Shown here piece by piece: positions 10,901-23,051 of a stretch of DNA of 64,000 nt (position 1 is the first letter of the stretch; each line of letters opens with the position of its first letter). Below the pieces are notes generated by a model. It saw only the letters and a program-made list of their open reading frames with translations, was not told the origin of the DNA and did no database searches. The position numbers and the translations under genes are program-made. The stretch spans positions 62,001 through 126,000 of the forward strand of contig BAAIJX010000035.1 in NCBI GenBank assembly GCA_054600435.1, read 5' to 3'. The DNA comes from Neophaeotheca triangularis (lineage: Eukaryota).

Positions 10901-13900
10901 CGATATGCAGCGTAGAGCGCGTTAAAAGACGGCACGTCATCTTCTTGGTACTGAACCAGGAAGCCGTGGACTCTGTGTAGTGTCTCCCCAGCTGTCTTTC
11001 TGAGCTTGTGCACGGTCTCGTACTGTTGACTTCCGGCCTCCAACGGATATCCCGTAGGATATTGGAAGGATCGCTTGACTTTGTCATCGTCAGGCTCACT
11101 CAGGTCGACAGCGCTGTCGTGGCCGTCACTGTCGATGTCCATTCGCTCGGCACTTTCAGTATCATCAAATGTGTAAGGCGTGACCGATTCATCGTCGGAT
11201 CGGAACAAGCGGGAGACACCGGAAACGACCAGGCGCAGAAGAACCAAGTTGCGCGATACCTCGTCTGACCAATCTTTGCCTACTCCATCGCGCTTCACCG
11301 GCGACGTCTCATGTGTGAGGTCATGTAGTGCCTTGATAGCTCGGCCAGCTTGGGCTTCGAAAACGCGGATGGCAAAGTCGAGCTCCTCTTGTTCTGGAAC
11401 GTGCCACTGTATCTCAAGTTTCGACGGATCGATTGTCTTCCCCCAGTCGTTGGACGTCAACCCTCGCTCAAGTTCGGGCTTGTCGTATAACGAGTAGTCG
11501 ATGGTGTACGTGACTGTCAGGTTGAGCAGGAGATGGTGAACGAAGTTCGAGACGTGGACGAGGGGAATGCCCTTGCAAGTATCTTGCATGAAAGCAGCGA
11601 GATCAAATAGCTCATCCTTGAAGATGAGGACATCTCTGCCGACGTGCACGACGCACATGCTAAGGAGGCTCACGTGCCAAACCAGGGCGCGATCTCGCGG
11701 TAAGATCTCGGACCCGGTTGTTCTAGTCGAGCCAGCTCCGTTTTCAGAGATTTCCGTACGAATGCTCGAGATTAAATCCGGCAACAGACGAGTCAGTGCC
11801 TTCTTTGGGGAGATCTTGACCACAGCATTGCATATAAAGGCCATAGCATCCCTAGCTTGGTGAACAACATGGTTGGAGATGAACTTGGCGATTTGCTGAA
11901 GAGCTATATCGTATAGCTCGGGACTGAGAGAAGCAAGCAAAGGCTGGAAAGTGGCCGGCAAAGTGTTGACAACATTTTCTTCCGGCGATCCGCTCTTCAC
12001 TCTGGCCGCGTCCGGCAGGTTTTGGAGAAGTGTGAAGACTCGACCTAGAAAAGAGATGATGAATTCTGCGAAGCCTGCAGTCGAAGACTTCAGAATCATC
12101 TCTTCATCCTCGTCGGACAGTTCACGTTCGTAGTTGACGTCCAGAAGCGGACCTTCTTGCTCGAAACGCCCCACTTGCTCAGTGATCCATTGAACAGCGA
12201 TGGCTGTTCCAGCAGTGGTATCGTGATCCAGCTCGCTATCGTCACTCGCTCCGGCTCGCTTAGGCGGCTTTGTGAGATCATGCATCGGGATGTTGTAGCA
12301 GACAGATTGAATGAATGCCAGAGAGTGCATTGTTTTGTCCAAATCATTGGCGTCAATGCCGGGAAGTGCTAGTCCTAGCAATGTTGTAAGATGGCATCGG
12401 TAGCCCTTGGTCTTTGCCATTATCCTAGAAAGCATAGAAAGCGCTCTGATGGACGAGATGGTTCGGTGGACCTCGACCAACCCCTGCATGGCAGGATAGA
12501 TACGTTGCAGTGCTCCGGGTAGGATGAGGTTCGGCTCGAGATAGGCGAGGCTCTGTAGTGTGCTCAAACTGTAGTTCATGGCGGTGGCGCTTTTCGCATA
12601 GATGCCCATGAAGATCACGTCCCGAAGGCACAGCACAAAACGTTGCTTGATTTCGCTGTTCAATTTACGATCTTCGGGGTAGTCGTACTCTCCGCTCTGT
12701 TCGCGGTTCCAACGCATCACGAAGAAGTCTGCGAGATAGTACACAAGCTGTGCCAGAGTCTTCGTCCAGCCGCCCGAGTTGGAAGGATGGAAAAATGTTT
12801 CAATGCCTTGAATAAGCGCCTCGAGATGATGCAGCACAGACTTTCCGTTCTCTGCCTCAAGACACTGGGGTGACAAGGACATGACAATCCACCTTGCTAT
12901 ACTGTGCGAGACGGGGTGTTTGCGTGGGTCACGGTCGAGGAACACTGCTAGTCCAGCGCCAATGTCGACTGTGGCACTGTAGGGCGTCGAAGCTTGACCG
13001 ACTGGGATCTCCAACAGTCTAAGCACAGATGTAAAGATCAGCGAGGATTGCTCTTCGGTAAAGATACCGTTAGGGCCAAATGGCACATGCTCAGCTCCTA
13101 GGCAATCCCTGGCTTGTCTGGAGAAGATGTCGAGAAAGCGTATGTCAATCATCATGCTCCTATTGACATTGGCCCACAGGTGAAAGAAGGTGGGGAGGTA
13201 GTACTGGGGCTGCAAATTTGGTTGTTCCGAGGGCGGAGCAGCTGTCGGGAGCATCAAGTTAAGAAGCCCAAGGACAACAAAAGCATGCTCGGGAAAGGAC
13301 ATGCTGAAGAATGGTAGAAATTCTTCAAGCATAGCCGGCACCTCGGTTGGGTCGAAGAAGAACTGAGCAAAGTTGCAAAGCTTCGTCAACGTCCTAATGT
13401 TCCGCTTGCTGCTGAAGGTGTTGTGGGTAGACGACTCGGACGGCAGCACAAAGACCTTGAGCTCCTTGTAAAGTGGTCTCCAATCAAGCGTCAAGTCCTT
13501 ACCAGGCCGTAGATAGTGCTTCCTCTTGGTGAGAACCATGAACATGCTGGCAAACCTCTCTGCAACTGCGTATTCCAGACCCGGTGCCAGGCACAGCTCG
13601 TAATACAACTTCACGAGCGCGATGCGCTGCGGCCTTGTAAGATCAAACTTCAGCGTCATCCAGCCTCTGATCTCCTTGGTCCAATGCACTGCTCCCGGCA
13701 CAAAATCGCCCGAAGCGACCGTGACGTACAGATGCTTGATCATCTCATCCATATCCTGCTCTCTTTGCCGCGGCTCTTCTGTTTCGTACGGCAGGTACTT
13801 TTGATATGGAAAAGTTCTCGGCCTTGTTCTGCCTTGCCTCTCGGCATCAAAATCCTCGCCGTCGCCATTTACGAGGCGACCGCCACCGGGGGATGTTGCT

Positions 13901-13977
13901 CTTGAGTCCATGTTGCTGCCACCGGGCTGCAGATTGGTCGCTCCCAGAAGATCCGAGATTCGATCATGTGTAGCCAT
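7959..13977 (-). CDS. BLM10: Proteasome activator Blm10/PA200 (PSME4)
   Basis: 1965-codon exon 13977-8083, intron 8082-8022 (GTAAGA...CAG), last exon AFTTEQLEDLEGVLWKSYFA* (stop 7959-7961). Motifs RPRTFPY, FHPSNSGGW, LPGIDANDLDKT and DFKKTRQDTWH. Confidence 0.95.
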
Positions 13978-14786
13978 GTTTGCGGCGGTTGAGGTGGTGG
14001 TGCTATGTCGAGGGCATGGGTATTGCTCGTTTGAGGCGAAGGTGAATTGTAAGAGAACCGTCGCAAAGTCTCTGGTTGAGCGCGCTGGAGCAAATCAAGG
14101 TATGGCAGAAGATGGTGGTATTGCGTGGCGTGTCGATTCGCGATTCGAGGGTGGGAGGCGCGCAGGTGTTGACGTTCACGATACACTGCAGGAGTGAAAG
14201 TGGCTAGGCAGGCAGGCTTAGTAGTAGAAGACGGCTATGCAAGCAGGCAGCCCAGGCGGTTGATGGGAGTGGAGTTGTCGAAGCTGCACAGCAATGTGGA
14301 CGTGTGTTTGTCTTCTTCACTTGAAGGTTCCGTTTCCTCTCCCGTCCGTTTTGGTTCGTGGCACTGCTGGCACTGCTAGCACTGCACTGCACTGCAACTG
14401 ACGTCGGGAGCTTTGAAGCTTTGGCCGACGTTGGAAGGTTTGAGGCTCGCGTGAGCTTCACGAAACCTTTAAGAGCAACGTTGATGACAACTTTTGTTAA
14501 TAATGTATTCTGGGATTTACCAGGTAACGTAAGGTACAGGATGCGATAATCCTCACAGGTGTAGTTAACCGTGTATGTACTTCATATGTCAGTAGAACTA
14601 ACTAGGCAAACACGACCACACGTCAGCCAGCCAGCCAGGCAGCCATTCCATCCACTCACTGCCTGCTGCTGGGCTCGGGCTGCTGGAAACGACAAGAAAC
14701 GCGCGCTTGCAACGGCACACACACTCACGCACACTCACAACCGCACCGCCCCAGGCATCCACTCTACTACGCACTCTTCCGCCATC

Positions 14787-15439
14787 ATGTCTAGCTACTA
14801 CGATGTAGCCTCTATCCTCACCGACGCGCAGAAAGTACCCTGTGCCTTTGATCTCACCGTCCCCGGTCTCGGTTACCTCAACGGCAACGTCGGCGAGGAC
14901 ATCAAAGAAGGAAGTAAGCTCGAAGTCCCTCTATGGCTGGGAGAGATGCTCGCCGTCAGCAAGCCCACCGGTGGCTCCTCTCTTGCAACTCTCGACCTTC
15001 CATCCGCCCTCGGTCACAGAGTGGTGAATGCTCTCAAGGCCGATCCCAAGACTGTTGACATACGCGCACAAGCTGCGCACTTCTACAGTCTGGGAGCGCG
15101 CATGCTGGAACTGTTTGAGGAGGAGGAGCTCGTTGAGGTCTTGACTGACGTAAGTGCGCCGGGTCCATCTATCCGCATGTAGTAGACTGACCGTAGCAGA
15201 CCTTCCGAAAACGTGCGACTGAGATCGCAGACAAGGCCCACAATACACGTAACACTCAGGGTGACGGAGGTGCTTTTATAACTAGTCTAGACGAGACTGA
15301 GCGGCAGCGTGAGTCCAGGAGTAGCTTTTAACCACTACGGTCCTGCTAATCGACAGGCTAACAATACATAGTGTTTCGATCAGCCCATGACGGCACCAAT
15401 GCAGTGAAGAAGTGGTTTGAGACCGCCAGCAAGCCATAA
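14787..15439 (+). CDS. PSF3: GINS complex subunit Psf3
   Basis: MSSYYDVASILTDAQKVPCAF...KLEVPLWL...ALKADP; intron 15150-15199 and a second intron starting at about 15309; ends LDETERQ|LFRSAHDGTNAVKKWFETASKP*. Divergent from BLM10. Confidence 0.93.
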
Positions 15440-16598
15440 AACATATGTGCCTGACCATCGACCGCGCTGTACTCCGAGTCTACCAGCCCTGGCAGGAACG
15501 CAATACATTCAGTACTGCCAATAATCCGATTGTCCTGCCTTGGGCCCTCCATTGGCGCCATCCTGTGAGCCGGTCCGGTCTGCTGAAGATGCTGCAACAC
15601 CAGACAGCACCGCAGCCATGCCCCTCGGATCAATGGTGGCAACGTTATAATCCTCGCAGCAACGAGCCGACGCAAAATCACCTATCCGCGAGGCTTCTCA
15701 CGACTTCGATACCTGGATCTTGACGTGTGGATGCGCTAGCCAACTATTCACGACACAAATGCTGCACCTCTACGATGTCAACCATGTCAACCTTCAAGCA
15801 GTGGTCACATTTCGAACTGATAGCTTTATCGTTGCAATGATTAGCCATCGAATGGAAGGAGGAAGGCGTGGCCAAAGCTGCCCCTAGGCACCGTCAACGA
15901 GGCATAGCTTCTGACAACCATACTCCTTCAAGATGAGCGTCGTCCACCATCAAGACACTTACCGGGAAGGGCGACTGGACCCACGAAATCAACCTCTTGT
16001 CGGAATGTTCGTTTAGAATTGACTAGGCGCGTAGTCGGAACTTGTTCACCGTGCTTTGTACTTCGCTCTTAGGGCCCGCGCTCTCAGTGATCCTTTTGAT
16101 CAAACGATTGAGACAAACCAAGACCCTATGTTCCCGAGGGTCATCATGCGGCTCGCTCATGCCAAAGCAAGCTATGAGAAATGAGGCGTCACCTAACGCT
16201 TCCATATCGCTACAGGGGGACACTAATTAAAGTTCAGCATGGGGCCATTTTCCCACGTACCTGGACAGGTCGCAGTCACGAGGTCGGCACGCGAGAGCCA
16301 AGCGACTGCAAGGCACTCGGGCTGTCATTGCAGCGAAAGCGATTGCTCCGCAAACTCTGATCTCGCGGCTGCATCCCCTCACCTCCCCCACGAAAATCTT
16401 CGAGCCGTGAAGCAGTCGCCGACATCACTCGGGGAATGCCCCACCACTGACGTTCCTCTGTGTATACCTAGCACTAGGTAACGTGCAATCTACTACCTTT
16501 CAATCGAGAAACATTATTGAAAGCACGATACACATTTCACCAGTCCGCTACACCCATCCCCGTCCAATACCAAAAGAGCGACCCTTCCCAATCTCACC

Positions 16599-17546
16599 AT
16601 GAAGATCCTCATCACAGGCGCCGGCGGCTTCGTCGGCCAAATCCTCGCCGAACAGCTCCTAAACGACAACCACAATGTCATTCTCGCCGACATCTTCGAA
16701 CCGCCTGTGCCCGCCAAAGCCAACAACAAGCAAAACGCAACATGCATCAAAGCCGACCTATCCTCCGAACCCGAAGCAGTCCTCTCCAAAGACCTCGACG
16801 CCATGTACGTCTTCCACGGCATCATGAGCGCCGGCAGCGAAGCCGACTTCGATCTCGGCTACAAAGTAAACCTGCACAGCACCCTGGGGCTCCTCGAAGC
16901 CGTGCGCAGAGTCTGCCCTGGTGTGCGTTGGATCTACGCCAGCAGCACTGCCAACTTCGGGCAGCCGCTGCCGGACATGCCGTCCGAGGACACCGTCCCG
17001 ACCCCGCAGAGCTCGTACGGCACGCAAAAGGTCATGCTCGAGGCGGCCATCAACGACTACAACCGCCGCGGTCTCATCACGGGCTTCTCGCTACGCTTCC
17101 CCACCATCTCCGTGCGGCCGGGCAAGCCCACGCAAGCGGCCAGCAGCTGGATGAGCGGCATGATCCGCGAGCCGCTGCAGGGCAAGGAGAGCGTGCTGCC
17201 GTGCGATGATGATTTCCAGTGCTGGCTCTGCTCGCCGCGGACGCTGGTCAAGAATTTGCTGCACGCCCTCACCATGCCGGCGGATAGCATGCCGCCTCAC
17301 ATACGGGTTGTGTTGTTGCCCGGCATCAACGCGAACGTGGGACAGATGTTGCAGGCGCTGAGGGAGGTTGGGGGTGAAGAGGCGGTCAAGCTGGTCAAGA
17401 GGGAAAAAGCGTCGCCGGAGATCAAGGCCATGCTCGATAGCTGGCCCATTCGCTTCGATGTCTCGAGGGCGCTGAGTCTGGGCTTCTCGCCTGATCAGCC
17501 TTTCAAGGGAGCCGTGCAGGACTTCGCCGACAGTCTAAAGCAGTGA
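16599..17546 (+). CDS. NAD-dependent epimerase/dehydratase family protein, D-erythronate dehydrogenase (DenD)-like
   Basis: Intronless 315 aa with TGAGGFVG, the YxxxK motif SSYGTQK, and LRFPTISVRPGKPTQAASSWMSGMIREPL, a segment I recognise from the DenD-like extended SDR subfamily. Confidence 0.85.
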   Translation: MKILITGAGGFVGQILAEQLLNDNHNVILADIFEPPVPAKANNKQNATCIKADLSSEPEAVLSKDLDAMYVFHGIMSAGSEADFDLGYKVNLHSTLGLLEAVRRVCPGVRWIYASSTANFGQPLPDMPSEDTVPTPQSSYGTQKVMLEAAINDYNRRGLITGFSLRFPTISVRPGKPTQAASSWMSGMIREPLQGKESVLPCDDDFQCWLCSPRTLVKNLLHALTMPADSMPPHIRVVLLPGINANVGQMLQALREVGGEEAVKLVKREKASPEIKAMLDSWPIRFDVSRALSLGFSPDQPFKGAVQDFADSLKQ

Positions 17547-17637
17547 AAGAGATGATGACTGGCTGTACATAATGTTCATGAACGAAAATTTGTCATCTAT
17601 CTTATCTACACGCAGCCGCCTTATCGAGTAAGGAAGA

Positions 17638-18585
17638 TCAAGCCTTGCCAGAGCAGCCCAGGTGGTCCATCCATTCCTCGCATTGTCCTTGGATGAGGTT
17701 CGTGCCTTGCTCGATCAGCTGCGTCAATGGCACCTTGCCAGTGTTCTTCGCGACGTATTCGTTGTAATTACTCAGGACGAGCTTGTTGACGTTGACACGG
17801 GTCACTCCGCGCTCGACGAGCTTGTGCATAATCTCAGGGGTGAACTCGTTGGTGCCGTGCAGAGCTATTTGGACCTTGCCCGCCGCCTGCTTCTGGATGG
17901 ATTCGAGGCTGTAGTTGGGTACGTTAGCACCGATTCCAGTTCACAGCCTTCTGATCTAAATTATTACGTACCGGCTGTAGTCCAAGTGAATGTTCTCGAC
18001 GCCGTGGTAGTCACCATGCACGTTACCAAACGCGGGCGCCAGGAAGTCAATGCCCGTGGCAATAAAGTCGTCGACCTCTTCAGGAGTGGTCATCATGCCC
18101 TCCAGCTCGGCGGTATCCTTGACGCCGTCCTCACCACCCTCGATACGACCCGGCTCGGCCTCGGTCGAGATGCCCCTCGAGTGACACAGCGCGACCAGCT
18201 CTTTAGTCTTGGCCAAGTTCTCCTCCTTCTCGTAATGGCTCATGTCCACCATAATGGAGTCGAAAGCGGGCGTGCCGTCGGCGGCCTTGATTTGCGAGAC
18301 TGCCTTGATGACTTCGGGGTCCTGGGCGTGGTCCATGTGCACAGCCACGGGCACGGTGGCCTTGCGTGCGGCATTGGCGCAGAAATCGATGAAGAGCGGC
18401 GAGTACTTGTAGGCCCAAGGGAAGAGCAGGATCTGGACGGGTGCCCTCTTCTTCTCGGCGGCTCGGATGGTTGCAACGACGGTTTCCATGTTGTAGGAGA
18501 CGACGCCCAGGACGCCGTACTTGCCTGCCGCTGCGGCATTGAGCAGCTTGACGGCCCTGTTGTCAGAGAGCTTCTCGAGAGTCAT
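17638..18585 (-). CDS. Class II ketose-bisphosphate (fructose/tagatose-bisphosphate) aldolase family protein; non-glycolytic type
   Basis: Exon 18585-17972, intron 17971-17909 (GTACGT...GCTAAC...CAG), exon 17908-17638. Motifs HMDH, SIMVDMSH, EAEPGRIEGGEDG, GNVHG, LHGTN and RVNVN. Confidence 0.92.
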
Positions 18586-19852
18586 TGTGATGTTTATGTA
18601 TGGGTGGTGATAGGTAGGGAGTAGTTGGAGTAGCAGTACTTGTTGATAATGGTCAAAGAGAAGTCAGGAAGAGAGGGGTGAAGAGAGAAGAAAGGATCTA
18701 GTACTCCCAGGTTTTTTGTTAACACCGTGTAGGTAGCGATGTCCACGCCTGTCGCATGCAGACAGTGTCATCAAACAGTACCTCATTGCCCCGTCGAGTT
18801 GACCTCTCCAATTGCCGTCGCTCCGACCCCACCACGCCCACGGACCTCCCCACCAAAACTCGTTTAGTGGCCGGCGATGTCGGGTGGAGTGGGCAAGCGT
18901 GGGCAAGCGTGGGGTGCCAAAAGTCGTCGAGGGAGCCGGTCGGGCTTTGCTTTTGACCGAACTTGGAGGTGAGGACCGTGAGATACCTTTTACTGTCGGC
19001 CTTGTCTACACGGCCCGGCGTTGGTTGTTGCCTGCTTCATGTCTTGAAGCCAAGAGGAACTGTACTTGTCGTTGCTGCGGCGAAGGTCTTTCTTTCTTGG
19101 AAGGAGATGCATCCATGATGTTGAAGACTCTGTTGAAGACTCTGAATCTTCTACTCGTCCATGGCTTGCTGGGTTGATCATGTCGCCACATATATGTTAG
19201 AACGGCACGCTGTTATCGACAGAATGAATGAGTACTGGCTCCCCAGGTATGCTGACCTGAGATGGAAGCATTTTGTGGGATATGGAAAGGAAGTGAATCT
19301 GAAAAGAGAGCACCTTGATAGCAAGCAGCCGGCCGAGCACGTGCAACCGCGCGGCAAGCCTCTCTCTGTGAACCTACATTACCTTATATAGTATAGGTGG
19401 TAGCCTCCTTGGGCGTTACTGGCAGAAAAGGAGTAACGTTAGAGCAGATTCGACGTGCCATCGACCTCTCAAGAGCCAATGGCCACATGTTAAAGGCTCT
19501 TTCATGAGCAGCTCCCCGACCATCAAGTACTACAGTGTAGCTCCTGCATTGCCTGAGCGAGGCACTTCCAAACTTCCAAGGTTGTGAACAATAACAGTAC
19601 CTTCCATTGGTTAAGTATGCACTCATCTCTACCGCCCTTTACGGGCAGGGTGGCAGCCTCGTGGCACAGTAATGCATGTCCCGCTTCGGACCTAGGTTGG
19701 GGGATGCAGGCAAGGTACAGTACGTAGTAGGTAGGTAAGAAACCAAAGTCTAACCACAAACGTGGTCGTTCGGCATTGTAGGTACCTAGCAAACCTCCCT
19801 CTCCTTACTCTTCAAATATATATATATATATCTGGCCAACCTTGCAGTCAGA

Positions 19853-20887
19853 ATGTCGAATGAAATCCACGTCGACCAAAGCCGCTTCGGCCAACTTCAA
19901 GGCAAAGTCGTGGTGCTCACAGGTACAGTTTACAACAGAAACAGCTCGAAAGAGACAATACCAACCATCCCGTCAGGCGGCGCCAACGGCATCGGCGCCT
20001 CAATCGTCAACCTCTGCGTCGAAGCCGGCGCCCACGTTATCTTCGGCGACGCCGACACCACCTCGGGCCAAAATCTAGTTTCCACCCTCCAAAAGACCAC
20101 GACCAACCCGCCAACCTTCCTCCCAACCGACGTCACGCGCTACGAAGACAACCTCGCCCTCTTCAAAACCGCGCTCCAGCAACACGGCCGCGTCGACCAC
20201 GCCATAGCGTGCGCGGGCATCGTGGAAAAGGGCGGCTGGTTCGACGCCGACTTGACCGTCGAGACCGTCGAGCAGCCCGCCCCGACCGACGTCCTCCACG
20301 TCAACCTCGCCGGCGTCCTCTACTTCTCCCGCATCGCGGCCGTTTACCTCCGCCACGGCAAACGCGAGGCCGACAACAAGAGCCTCACTCTGCTGTCCAG
20401 TCTCGCGGGCTTCTTGGACTGCCCGGGCTTGTACGTGTACCAGGTGTGTATGACCAACTCCCTTCAGATTCCAAGAGACACGTTGGAACAAGCATGTTGA
20501 ACCCTCCATTTTACCCCCAAGAGCACCAAACACGCCCTCCTGGGCCTCTTGCGCGCCAGCCGCAAGATCCTGCACCAACGCGACGGCATCCGCGTCAACG
20601 CAGTCTGCCCCGCGACCACGGACACCAACATGGCGGCGAGCTTCTTCCAGCAATTCGCTCAAGCAGGCGTGCCGACCAATACCGCTGCCGAAGTCGCCGG
20701 CTTCGTCGTCGCTTTGGCTGTGAGGGAGGATTTGTGCGGCAGGGCTGTTTATGTCTCCGGCGGCAAGGGGTGGGAGTTCATGGAGGGTTTGGAAGCGACT
20801 TTGCCGCAGTGGTTGGGAGAGGAGCCTGCCGAGGGGTTTCGGAAGTTTAAGGAGTATGCGAGCAGCATGCCTTCTGCTATTGAGTGA
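19853..20887 (+). CDS. Short-chain dehydrogenase/reductase (15-hydroxyprostaglandin-dehydrogenase-like)
   Basis: Introns 19923-19976 and 20444-20521; splicing restores TG|GANGIG and the YQ|STK catalytic motif; also ACAG and GIRVNAVCP. Confidence 0.9.
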
Positions 20888-21101
20888 AAGTTGTCATGCT
20901 GTCATGTGCGTGAATTAGTGCGCATACGGTAGTCATGTGGTCTGGGGAAAGGGACGACGTGTATTCGGTGAGATTCATGGTGAAAGATCATCTAGCATTA
21001 TGCATCGCTCATGGTATCTGCGTTACGCCATCATCGCCAACCCCGTCCATGCCTCCCAATAGCCAACCTTGTTACGAGCATTGGTCAACGGCAAGGGGTC
21101 C

Positions 21102-22198
21102 CTACAAGATGGTGCCGAACCCGAAAGTCGTCTTGATGCTCCGCACGTAGTACTCCCCCCAGTTACGCTGCGTGGGCTCCTCCTGCCCAATAGGCACACC
21201 CTCCCAGTCGACGCGCATGATGGTCACGGCGTCCACGTCGTTTTGCTCAAACTTCATCTTCAACGTCGAGAAGTGACCGGCAGGCCACTGCGCCAGCCGC
21301 CATTTCTGCTCAATGTATGTCGGCTTCTCGAGCTTGACAAACGCGCCGGAAACATTACCGCCAAACAGCTCGAACTTGCCGCCCTCTTTGGCACCCTCAA
21401 AGACCTTGGGCGGTGCCCGTGTAAAGGCCGCGATGCGCTGGGGGTCGGTGAAGGTCTCGAAGAGCTGATCAGCCGTTGTGCGGAACTCTTGTTGGTCAGA
21501 GAGGGTAGTGACGTTGACCTTTGGGCCGTTGGGTGCGCCGGCGGTACTCTGCGCCGAGCTCTCTGTAGGGGCATCCTTTTGCTTCGGCGCGGTCGACGAG
21601 CTCTGGTTCTTGGGTGTGTTACTGCCACTTGACCAAGCTGGCTTGTCTGCCGCGTGTTGAAGGTCGCCCCCGTGGACCTTGATCATGGTTGGTCCAAGCT
21701 TTGGCAGAGCCTGCCGTATTTGGGGGCAGATTTGTGTGCGCACGAGATCCTTGACTGGCTGCTTTGAAGAGTCTTCACCATAGAGTTCTACGTCAAACTG
21801 CGCGACAATGTCAGCAAGGCCGCTCTAGTACAAGTGCGTAGTTGAGAGAGCAATATAAGACGTACGACATACTCGTCTTCCTCCGTATCGTGAGCGATCT
21901 CGGGGATCGTAATAGTACCGCTCACGTCCTTGGTATCTTCTTCGGCACCCTCGCCCTCTCCCGGGGTCTTGATCTTGCCAGTGTATTCCAGCTGCACGCG
22001 GACGTCAAAGATGGTCACGACCTTGCCCTTTCGCTGCGCAACGTCCACGTCGCCTTCCATGCTCAGGACCTTGCTGACTTGGGCATTGGCACCATCCTTC
22101 TCAGCCTTCAAGCCGATCAGCTCCTTCTCAAGGTACTCCCTAGTCCACCCAGAGACGTCCTTGTTGACCCAATGCCAGTTGTTTGGGTTGTGCAACAT
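21102..22198 (-). CDS. AHA1: Hsp90 co-chaperone/ATPase activator Aha1
   Basis: MLHNPNNWHWVNKD (NxNNWHW) and QRKGK; intron 21865-21798; C-terminal domain ending YYVRSIKTTFGFGTIL*. Probable 5'UTR intron at about 22457-22260. Confidence 0.95.
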
Positions 22199-22552
22199 GA
22201 TGGGCACTGGGTCTAGGGATTAATCTTGTAGTAAAGAGAGATTGCGCGACCTGACTGATCTGCGTGGTTAGCAGTGGTCACGACACGCAGTCTATGAATC
22301 GTCATGGGTGCAAGAAGAGGTCGAATCAGATTTAGGGATCTTGTCCCGTGCAAAGCTATTCCGCAGCAAAAGAGTACAAATCTTCTCGGACTGGTGCCAG
22401 CTGGTGTATCATCCTATGAGGAAGGGGATTGTGAAGTGAAGGCCATGTATAACTCACCTTTGAAATGGGTATGCGCGCTGTTCGGGGTTGTCAAGGTATC
22501 ATGCGAGCGGTCTGTTTGGGGGTTGAGGGCATTTCTTATGTATCGACGCCCG

Positions 22553-22592
22553 TGGAAGGTCGAAGATTTCTAGAATTCGGAAGCTCAGAAGA
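22553..22592. promoter_or_regulatory. Putative heat-shock element upstream of AHA1
   Basis: ggaaggtcgaagatTTCtaGAAttcggaagctcagaa: one perfect TTCnnGAA core plus several flanking GAA units of imperfect phasing, upstream of an Hsp90 co-chaperone. Confidence 0.45.
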
Positions 22593-23051
22593 GCTCAATT
22601 CCAGACACCCGCACGGCCCTTTGGTTTGGCCTTAAACCAAACACTCACCCTGGCCAATCCACTACGGACGTGCCTTGTCGTCTTTACAAGAAAAAAAAAA
22701 ACACTGTGCCATTATTCACGACATTAGTACCTACATGCCTTACTGTATGCTTATTGAACGTAGTCCAGCAACTCAGTGAGCGATCGAAGTTCGCCAGCTT
22801 CTGATCCAAACCATGCTTATTACAGCACACTCTTACCCCAGCGACACCCTTACTATGTGTAGAAATCAGGAGATAGCGCGGTCGTTTATAATGACAGTGC
22901 TCGTTCGAGTACATGAGTCCATGCGCTCGCTACCCGAACAACCCAACGTATGCTCCCAGCTGATGCTGCCCATCACTCCCTCCCTTTCCAATCGATCAGT
23001 GGTATCCATATTCTCCTGTGCAAGCGCCACCCATCACTCCTTTGCCTCGCC

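Noticed and set aside
14358..14400. GCACT/GCACTGCT short tandem repeats in the BLM10-PSF3 divergent promoter
   Set aside because: Simple slippage repeat; I found no perfect Rpn4/PACE site (GGTGGCAAA) here to link it to proteasome regulation.
16517..17209. 230-aa Arg/Pro-rich ORF overlapping the DenD-like gene in another frame
   Set aside because: Composition is what an alternative frame of a GC-rich gene yields; no independent evidence of coding.
17662..18624. 320-aa plus-strand ORF antisense to the aldolase
   Set aside because: Shadow ORF produced by the strong codon bias of the real minus-strand gene; it has no recognisable motifs. The same applies to the many antisense ORFs over BLM10, ags1 and others.
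18900..19800. Short ORF fragments between the aldolase and the SDR
   Set aside because: Interrupted by stops, with no motif and no convincing exon structure.
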